The position numbers were made by a program, and so were the translations under genes. The notes beneath the pieces are model-generated. The model was not told the origin of the DNA. It saw only the letters and a program-made list of their open reading frames with translations, and did no database searches. Of a stretch of 51,101 bases of DNA, positions 10,195-16,704 are shown one piece after another. Position 1 is the stretch's first letter. Each line of letters begins with the position of its first letter. The stretch comes from Planctomycetaceae bacterium (lineage in GTDB: Bacteria > Planctomycetota > Planctomycetia > Pirellulales > UBA1268): assembly GCA_947453125.1 (NCBI GenBank), contig CANGGC010000001.1, positions 1 to 51,101 on the forward strand, written 5' to 3'.

Positions 10195-10641
10195 TCACGG
10201 CAGGATCGACGGGGGGACGCGACCGACATTGAACACATGCTCCGAGACATGGTCGCGTCCCGACTCGAAAAACACCCGCAGGCGGATGCACCAGCGGATC
10301 TTCACGATCACCCCCTCGTAGGAGAGCGGGCTCGTTGGAAGTTGGATCGCGAACGTACCTTCCGGCACGACACGGTCGATGGTCTCGGCCGTGGCAAATC
10401 GCTCGAAGGAATGCACCCCGAGATCCTCTTCACCCTTCCCTTCCGTGTACCACAGGGCCGACCGCTCCAACGCCCGGGGCCGCTCGCCGTTGAGACCATC
10501 GATGCAATACTCGACCGTGACCCACTCCCCCGGGTCGTAGCCCCGGCCCGGATGACCGAAACGGAGTTCGATCCGGGGAAACGGCTGGGCCGTACTGGCG
10601 GGAATGTGGTCGTCGCCGTGCTGAGCGTCCGCGGCATTCAT
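10195..10641 (-). CDS. small soluble beta-rich protein (arrestin/Spo0M-like pattern, inferred)
   Basis: ATG 10641 overlaps the upstream stop (10638-10640) as ATGA. The sequence is PRIELRFGHPGRGYDPGEWVTVEYCIDG...EGTFAIQLPTSPLSYEGVIVKIRWCIRLRVFF. It shows alternating hydrophobic beta-strand periodicity and an LPxSPxSYxGxxxxIxW motif. Confidence 0.55.
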   Translation of the reverse strand: MNAADAQHGDDHIPASTAQPFPRIELRFGHPGRGYDPGEWVTVEYCIDGLNGERPRALERSALWYTEGKGEEDLGVHSFERFATAETIDRVVPEGTFAIQLPTSPLSYEGVIVKIRWCIRLRVFFESGRDHVSEHVFNVGRVPPSILP

Positions 10642-11720
10642 TCCAGCGACTCCACGGTTTCGGTGGATGCCGTCGGGACCGCCGCCTTCACCGGCAGCAC
10701 GACCACGGGAAACACGCGGGTGAACTCGGGCCAGCGGTCGGGCAGTGCCCGAACAACGATCCGCCACTGCACGGCATTGTTCTCACTCGAGAAGGAGTGC
10801 ATGGCATCGGCCGGAATCGTCACGGCCACACGTGCCTCGAAACTCCCCCCCGGCACCGGCTGCACTCGTTGCCAGCGCGACACGGGAACCCTCCGCACGA
10901 CGAGTCGCTGGGTTCTGGTGTCGGTGCCCTGCCGGAAGGTCGCCGTCTCCTCCAATTCGAGCCCGAGATCGATCGACCTGAAAAGATGCGCACCTCCCTG
11001 CCCGAGCCGGACGTCATACGACACGCCCGGGACGAGCGGGTGGTCGGAGATCTCGACATGCGTTGGCCCCACGGACGTGGAGAGGATGGCGGCCCTGACG
11101 AACAACACCACCCCGCCGACGCCGACCGCGACGAACGGCACGAGCAAGCCGATCAGCAACCAATCGGTCGTCCCGCGGATGAGATCGGCCCCCACCCCGA
11201 CGGCAAGCACCACGACCACGGCGTTCCACAGCAGCGCGAACAACCCGAACCCGACCAACGTCCAATTCTCGGGGCTCTCGAGGGGAAGCCGATACCTGAG
11301 CACGATGCCGGGTGAGTTCTCGAGGTTGTCGCACGAGGGCACTCCCGGATGCCCAGGCACCACCGGGGAGGCGCCGGCAAGGCCGTCGAGGATCACCGTT
11401 TTCGACGCTGCCGCCCGATGCTCTTGCGACTTTCCCCATGTTCGCACCACCCGAACGAGCCCGGAGCCACCGAAGGCCAACAGCGCCAGCGGAATGAGGA
11501 GCGTCAGCAGCCACATCCACCATTCGTAGCCACGCTGGAGCACGACCGAGTCTGGATCAGCCGGCGCATAGGACACGGCTCCGGTCACCAAGAGAAGTCC
11601 GAACACGATCCCAGCACCGACCAGCAGTGCGTAGAAGAGCCCCTCGGCAAACGACCCCCAGGCATGGGAGTCGGTTCGCCGGTGGCCCCGCTTCTTGGTG
11701 AAGAACCGCGGAAATCTCAT
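10638..11720 (-). CDS. four-TM membrane protein with C-terminal beta-sandwich-like domain
   Basis: Hydrophobic segments are LFYALLVGAGIVFGLLLVTGAV, WWMWLLTLLIPLALLAFGGSGLV, LVGFGLFALLWNAVVVVLAVGVG and WLLIGLLVPFVAVGVGGVVLFV. The C-terminal domain reads HVEISDHPLVPGVSYDVRL...GGSFEARVAVTIPADAMHSFSSENNAVQWRIVVRA. Confidence 0.65.
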   Translation of the reverse strand: MRFPRFFTKKRGHRRTDSHAWGSFAEGLFYALLVGAGIVFGLLLVTGAVSYAPADPDSVVLQRGYEWWMWLLTLLIPLALLAFGGSGLVRVVRTWGKSQEHRAAASKTVILDGLAGASPVVPGHPGVPSCDNLENSPGIVLRYRLPLESPENWTLVGFGLFALLWNAVVVVLAVGVGADLIRGTTDWLLIGLLVPFVAVGVGGVVLFVRAAILSTSVGPTHVEISDHPLVPGVSYDVRLGQGGAHLFRSIDLGLELEETATFRQGTDTRTQRLVVRRVPVSRWQRVQPVPGGSFEARVAVTIPADAMHSFSSENNAVQWRIVVRALPDRWPEFTRVFPVVVLPVKAAVPTASTETVESLE

Positions 11721-11796
11721 GGCCGGTCAACCCGCACGTGCGCCGGCCGGCGGTTCGCTCCGTCCCGCCGGATACCCCGGCCCGTTCGTCCGGAGT

Positions 11797-12117
11797 TCAG
11801 TTGGGATCTTCGCTGGCCGACCCGGACAGTCCGCCCGTTCCCTGCAACGTCGCCTGAGGGGAGGATGACTGCGCCGAGCGGTAGAAGCCGATCTTCTCGA
11901 GGGCCCGATAAACCTCCTCGAGCGTCTTCTCCCCGAAATTGGAGATACCGAGGAGATCGGCTCGCTTGCACTTGAGGAGATCGTGGACGGTGAAGATGCC
12001 CTTCTCTTCGAGGCAGTTCGTCGTCCGCACCGAGAGACCGATCTCGGCAGTGCTCATGTCGAGCTTCTCCGCCATTTCGTCCGATTGCGTCAGATTTCTG
12101 TACGGAACGCGTGGCAT
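11797..12117 (-). CDS. stand-alone RNA polymerase alpha-subunit C-terminal-domain-like (HhH) protein
   Basis: ATG 12117 gives a protein of about 106 aa. AEIGLSVRTTNCLEEKGIFTVHDLLKCKRADLLGISNFGEKTLEEVYRALEKIG closely follows the RpoA CTD pattern (LeLSvRsaNCLk..I.t...L......L..i.NfGkKSl.Ei...L...G). There is no alpha N-terminal domain. Confidence 0.75.
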   Translation of the reverse strand: MPRVPYRNLTQSDEMAEKLDMSTAEIGLSVRTTNCLEEKGIFTVHDLLKCKRADLLGISNFGEKTLEEVYRALEKIGFYRSAQSSSPQATLQGTGGLSGSASEDPN

Positions 12118-12166
12118 GGGTTCCCTCCCGTGCGGCGGACCGGCTTCCCGGTCCATGGGCGTCGTG

Positions 12167-12188
12167 TCCCGGGAATGTCCCGGGAATC
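12167..12188. repeat. two tandem 11-nt units, each containing the palindrome TCCCGGGA
   Basis: The plus strand reads TCCCGGGAATG TCCCGGGAATC. The repeat lies 50-71 nt upstream of the alpha-CTD-like gene start (12117, minus strand) in the divergent region shared with uvrD. Confidence 0.7.
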
Positions 12189-12467
12189 GGAACCGTCTGT
12201 GACGAGGTACCATCGGGCATCCCTGCTCCGCCCTGGTGGGGCGACTCTTCATCGATCGTACAGCCCGCTTGGCGGAGGACGGGGTTTTCCCCGGCCCGCC
12301 ACTGCGATGAACCCGATCAATGATCCGATGGCACCGTCTTCCGACGGGGAAGAAATATACTCCGGATCACGGGATTCCGACTACCTCCCGGTCGGCATCC
12401 ACCTCTCTTCCCCCAAACCACGCATCCCACCGGGATTCACCGCTGCGGCGGGATCGACCAGGAACGC

Positions 12468-14858
12468 ATGCAACTCGACACTCTCAATGAGTCGCAGCGT
12501 CTGGCGGCCACGCACATGGAAGGCCCGCTTCTGGTCCTCGCTGGGCCCGGTAGTGGCAAGACCCGTGTCGTCACCCACCGGATCGCCCACCTCATCTCAC
12601 AGGGCGTTCCGGCCAGGAACATCGTCGCACTCTCCTTCACCAACAAGGCTGCCGACGAGATGCGCCGCCGCGTGACGGCACTCGTGGGGCCCCAAGCGGT
12701 GGAAATGGGAACGTTTCACCGGTTCGCGGCCCGGCTGCTCCGGACCCACGCAAGGATGGTCGGACTGACGAGCGATTACTCGATCCTCGACACCGATGAC
12801 TCCGGATCGGTGATGAAGCGGGCGGCGAAGCGCCTCGGGCTGAACCTCACGCACACCCCAGTCGACCGTCTCGCGGGAATCATCAGCCGTGCCAAGAATG
12901 ACCTCCGGACACCGGAGACCTTCGAGCCCGGTTGGGGACGGCCGGCCGACGAGGTCGCCGTGCGATTGTGGCCCGTCTATCAACAGATGATGCTCGAGTG
13001 CAACGCCGTCGACTTCGACGACCTCCTCGTCCATGTGGCACGGTTGATCATCGACAACCCGGAACTCCGCAGCCAACTCGACGCCCGCCACCGCTGGATT
13101 CTCGTCGACGAATACCAGGACACCAACGCCGCCCAATATGCGATCCTCCGCGGCCTGTCGATTGACCACCCGAATCTCTCGGTGACGGGCGATCCCGACC
13201 AGGCGATCTATGGGTGGCGAGGGGCGAGCATCCGCAACATCCTGGAGTTCGAGCGTGATTACCCCTCAGCAAGCGTTGTGAAACTCGAGCACAACTACCG
13301 CAGCACGGCCAACATCCTCGCGACGGCCGACCGCCTCATCGCGCACAACACCCGGCGGAAGCCGAAACGCCTCCTCACCGATGCGCCTGACGGATCCCCG
13401 GTCCGCATCGTGCTCGATGCGTCAGGACACGAAGAGGCTGAACGGATCGCCGACGAGATCGCCATATCGATCACGACGTCGGCACGCTCCCCTCGCGATT
13501 TCGCGATCCTCTTCCGGACCAACGCGCTCTCCCGTTCCCTCGAGTTCGCGCTTCGTTCCCGGGGCGTCCCCTATCAGCTTCTCCGCGGTGTGGAGTTCTT
13601 CAAACGACGGGAAATCCGCGACGTCGTCGCCTGGCTGCGGCTCCTGCGGAATCCGCGAGACGACGAGGCGCTCCTCCGGGTCGTCAACGTCCCAGCACGC
13701 GGCATCGGTCGGCAGTCGCTCGACCTCCTCTCGGCGTGGGCCGCCGACCACGCCATGCCACTGCTCACCGCCTGTGGACGGGCGAAGTCGGTCCCCGGTC
13801 TGTCAGCACGGGCAGCGACGTCGATCGGTCGATTTGCCGCTCTCCAGGCCTCGCTCGCCAGGGTCGCAGCGACCGAACCGTCGGTGGCGGCACTCCTCGA
13901 AGCGGTGCTCGAGCAGACTGGCTACCGCGCCATGCTGGCCGACGACGAGGACGAAGAGGGGGACGACCGTCTTGCCAACGTCGAGGAATTGATCACGGCG
14001 GCCAGGCAGGCCGATGCCGCGTACGCATCCGACCCGCAGGGACGCGAAGAGGACGAATCGCCGCTCGGCTCCTTCCTCGACACGACGGCCCTGGTGGCAG
14101 ACACCGACGTCTGGGACCCTGCCGCCGACCGGGTGTCGCTGATGACGTTCCATGCCGCCAAAGGGCTCGAGTTCCCGGTCGTCTTTCTCGTGGCGATGGA
14201 GGACGGCATTCTTCCCCACCAACGGAGCCTCGATCACCCCGATCAACTCGAGGAGGAACGGCGACTGGTGTTCGTGGGAATCACCCGCGGCATGGAACAG
14301 GTTCACGCCAGTTGTGCCCGGATGCGTGACTACCGGGGAACCCGACGGATCGGCTGCCCAAGCCTGTTTCTCGCCGAGATCTCGGGCGCCGGGACGGAGG
14401 TGACCGGCACCGAGGCGCCGGCAGGGAACGCACTTGGCGGAAGACGACCGGGCGCAGATGACGAGTCCCAACTGCCCCCCGACTCCTGGGACGAAGATCA
14501 GGGGTGGGCAGCGCCGACGGCCGACAGACGCCCACCTGCGGCCAGGGATGACGGCCTCGTCATGGACCTTGATGACGAGGCCTCACCACCGATACGTTCC
14601 AAGACGGCCTCGCGACCCGCCCGCCCAGCACCAGCGCTCGAGACAGCCGCCGATCTCGCCCGGAGAACGACCGGGCGGCAGCCCCCCACCCCCGTGATCC
14701 AAGGGCAGCGCGTGCGGCATGCCGAATACGGCGAGGGAACTGTCGCCGGTGTGAGCGGCACCGGGGTGCGGTCGGTCGCGACGGTAATCTTCGATGGGCC
14801 CGCCGGCACTCGACGCTTCATCCTCTCGCATGGCGCCCTCGAACCCCTCGCGGACTGA
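12468..14858 (+). CDS. uvrD: ATP-dependent DNA helicase, UvrD/PcrA/Rep family
   Basis: SF1 motifs: LNESQRLA, Walker A AGPGSGKT, ILVDEYQDTN, GDPDQAIYGWRGA, NYRS, TFHAAKGLEFPVVFL and VGITRG. The C-terminal Tudor-like tail reads RVRHAEYGEGTVAGV...VIFDGPAGTRRF. Confidence 0.95.
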   Translation: MQLDTLNESQRLAATHMEGPLLVLAGPGSGKTRVVTHRIAHLISQGVPARNIVALSFTNKAADEMRRRVTALVGPQAVEMGTFHRFAARLLRTHARMVGLTSDYSILDTDDSGSVMKRAAKRLGLNLTHTPVDRLAGIISRAKNDLRTPETFEPGWGRPADEVAVRLWPVYQQMMLECNAVDFDDLLVHVARLIIDNPELRSQLDARHRWILVDEYQDTNAAQYAILRGLSIDHPNLSVTGDPDQAIYGWRGASIRNILEFERDYPSASVVKLEHNYRSTANILATADRLIAHNTRRKPKRLLTDAPDGSPVRIVLDASGHEEAERIADEIAISITTSARSPRDFAILFRTNALSRSLEFALRSRGVPYQLLRGVEFFKRREIRDVVAWLRLLRNPRDDEALLRVVNVPARGIGRQSLDLLSAWAADHAMPLLTACGRAKSVPGLSARAATSIGRFAALQASLARVAATEPSVAALLEAVLEQTGYRAMLADDEDEEGDDRLANVEELITAARQADAAYASDPQGREEDESPLGSFLDTTALVADTDVWDPAADRVSLMTFHAAKGLEFPVVFLVAMEDGILPHQRSLDHPDQLEEERRLVFVGITRGMEQVHASCARMRDYRGTRRIGCPSLFLAEISGAGTEVTGTEAPAGNALGGRRPGADDESQLPPDSWDEDQGWAAPTADRRPPAARDDGLVMDLDDEASPPIRSKTASRPARPAPALETAADLARRTTGRQPPTPVIQGQRVRHAEYGEGTVAGVSGTGVRSVATVIFDGPAGTRRFILSHGALEPLAD

Positions 14859-14875
14859 TCGTCCCGGGCCGCCGC

Positions 14876-15817
14876 TCATCCGCTCCGCTCGCGCCACCAC
14901 TGAATTGTCTCCGCGAGCCCCTGATCAAAATCGCGGGTCGGGTGCCAATCGAGCAGCCTCTTGGCGCGGGAGATGTCGAGGCCGCGACGGGGTTGACCAT
15001 CGGGCTTCGATCGATCCCAGACAATCCGCCCCCGATAGCCGCAGCCATTCACCACCTTCGCCACGAGGTCACGGATCGCGATCTCCTCCCCGCCACCGAG
15101 ATTGATCGGAACCGGATCCTCGATCCGCTCAGCCGCCCTCACCACCGCCTCCGCGGCGTCCTCGACATGGAGGAACTCCCGAGTGGCCATCCCGGATCCC
15201 CAGCAGACCATCTCCGGCATGCCGGCCCGGCGTGCCTCCTCACACCTCCGGATCAACGCCGGAATGACATGGCTCGTGGCTGGATCGAAATCGTCGCCGG
15301 GCCCGTAGAGATTCACTGGCACCACCACCGCCGAGCGGAGGCCGTACTGCCGCCGGTAGGCGTCGAGCATCACGAACAGTGCCTTTTTGGCGATCCCGTA
15401 GGGGGCGTTGGTGACCTCTGGGTAGCCGTTCCAGAGGTCGTCCTCCCGGAACGGCACAGCGCAGTCACGCGGATACGCGCAGACCGTGCCAGTGTGGACG
15501 AACTTCTCCACGCCGGCCCGTCGGGCGTGCTCGACGAGGTGCAGGCCCATCGCCATGTTGGCGTAGAAGAAACGCCCCGGAGACGCCCGATTCGCGCCGA
15601 TGCCGCCGACCTCTGCGGCCAGGTGAATCACGACGTCGGGCCGAGCTGTATGGTAGAGGCGTGCGACGGCCGATTCGTCGGTGAGGTCGCAGGAGTCGCG
15701 CCGCGGCACGATCACCTGATCATCGGAAACACCACGGGCGCGGAGCACCCGACAGACTGCCGTCCCCAGGAATCCGGCACCACCGGTGAGAACGATCCGC
15801 TTCCTCGAAAGGTCCAT
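14876..15817 (-). CDS. fcl: GDP-L-fucose synthase (NAD-dependent epimerase/reductase)
   Basis: ATG 15817 (MDLSRKRIVLTGGAGFLG, Rossmann motif). Catalytic YGIAKK (YxxxK) and VVVPVNLYGPGDDF are present. Length is about 313 aa, typical of Fcl/WcaG. The longer ORF extension to 15979 overlaps the epsI-like gene's end. Confidence 0.88.
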   Translation of the reverse strand: MDLSRKRIVLTGGAGFLGTAVCRVLRARGVSDDQVIVPRRDSCDLTDESAVARLYHTARPDVVIHLAAEVGGIGANRASPGRFFYANMAMGLHLVEHARRAGVEKFVHTGTVCAYPRDCAVPFREDDLWNGYPEVTNAPYGIAKKALFVMLDAYRRQYGLRSAVVVPVNLYGPGDDFDPATSHVIPALIRRCEEARRAGMPEMVCWGSGMATREFLHVEDAAEAVVRAAERIEDPVPINLGGGEEIAIRDLVAKVVNGCGYRGRIVWDRSKPDGQPRRGLDISRAKRLLDWHPTRDFDQGLAETIQWWRERSG

Positions 15818-15899
15818 GCCTAAGCCTTTGGGCCCCTCGACCACCGCTTCCCACGCTCTACCTACCGCCGGGAAGACGCCTGCCCCGGTAGCTCCGGGA

Positions 15900-16664
15900 T
15901 CACGATGCCCCGCTCGGGGCGGGGCCTGAGGATCGGGTTCCCCCGTCACCGGCAGTCGCTTGGGCGGGCGCCTCGTCAACGAAGATCACTCGATCGAACT
16001 CGGGGATCAGATCGGCGAGGAACTGGAGTCCGGTCCGACTCCCCTCTCCACGCGGCATGGCGGTCTCGTCGATGATCGCGTAGATCTTGAACACCGACGG
16101 GTTGTTGGCAAGTTCGATGCGGGCGATCTGGGGCGCGATCCACTTGCCGGTCACAGCGTAAGTCCAAAAAATCCGCAGGCTTTCCCCAGGCTTTTTGAAG
16201 GAGCCTGAGAAGGCCTCGGCCGTGGCGCCATCCTCGAGCGGGATCGTCTCCCGGTGTTCCTGTTCGGCGATCTCGAAGCCGGCGCTCGGATAACAGCGGT
16301 CCGGGGTGTGCCCGGAAGCATCGCTCGGGGTGGCGCAGACCACGAACACACCGACCCTAGCGCCGCTGTCGACGTTTTGATATTCCCGCGAGATGTGCCC
16401 CACCGCCCCTGCGACTTTGAGCTGGGCAGGGTCGGCCTCAGTCTCGCCCACCATCCTCCACGGACCGAATTCCTTTGGGAAAGACGCCTCCAGCCGCGTG
16501 GCATTCCGCTGGAGTTCCTCACTGACGTTTTTCCCGGTCCAACGCCCCGTCAGCACCCCCTGGGCAGCCGTCACCCCAACCACGGCCACCAAGCCGAGGA
16601 TCACCGGCAACCATGTGGAGACAGTGGAGACAGTGGAGGATGTGGAGACTAAGGTCGATTTCAT
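15900..16664 (-). CDS. exosortase-associated EpsI-family protein
   Basis: An N-terminal TM (WLPVILGLVAVVGVTAAQGVL) is followed by the EpsI-like motif GHTPDRCYPSAGFEI (compare H.Pe.C.p..Gw). It lies between the BY-kinase and fcl and two genes downstream of the exosortase. Confidence 0.7.
   Translation of the reverse strand: MKSTLVSTSSTVSTVSTWLPVILGLVAVVGVTAAQGVLTGRWTGKNVSEELQRNATRLEASFPKEFGPWRMVGETEADPAQLKVAGAVGHISREYQNVDSGARVGVFVVCATPSDASGHTPDRCYPSAGFEIAEQEHRETIPLEDGATAEAFSGSFKKPGESLRIFWTYAVTGKWIAPQIARIELANNPSVFKIYAIIDETAMPRGEGSRTGLQFLADLIPEFDRVIFVDEAPAQATAGDGGTRSSGPAPSGAS
16615..16650 (-). repeat. four tandem 9-nt units encoding (V/S)ST repeats at the EpsI-like N-terminus
   Basis: Plus-strand units are GTGGAGACA, GTGGAGACA, GTGGAGGAT and GTGGAGACT. 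The minus strand translates as VSTSSTVSTVST. Confidence 0.8.
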
Positions 16665-16704
16665 CTGTTCTGCAATCCTGCTTGGTCAACCGATCGGCGG
16701 ACGA

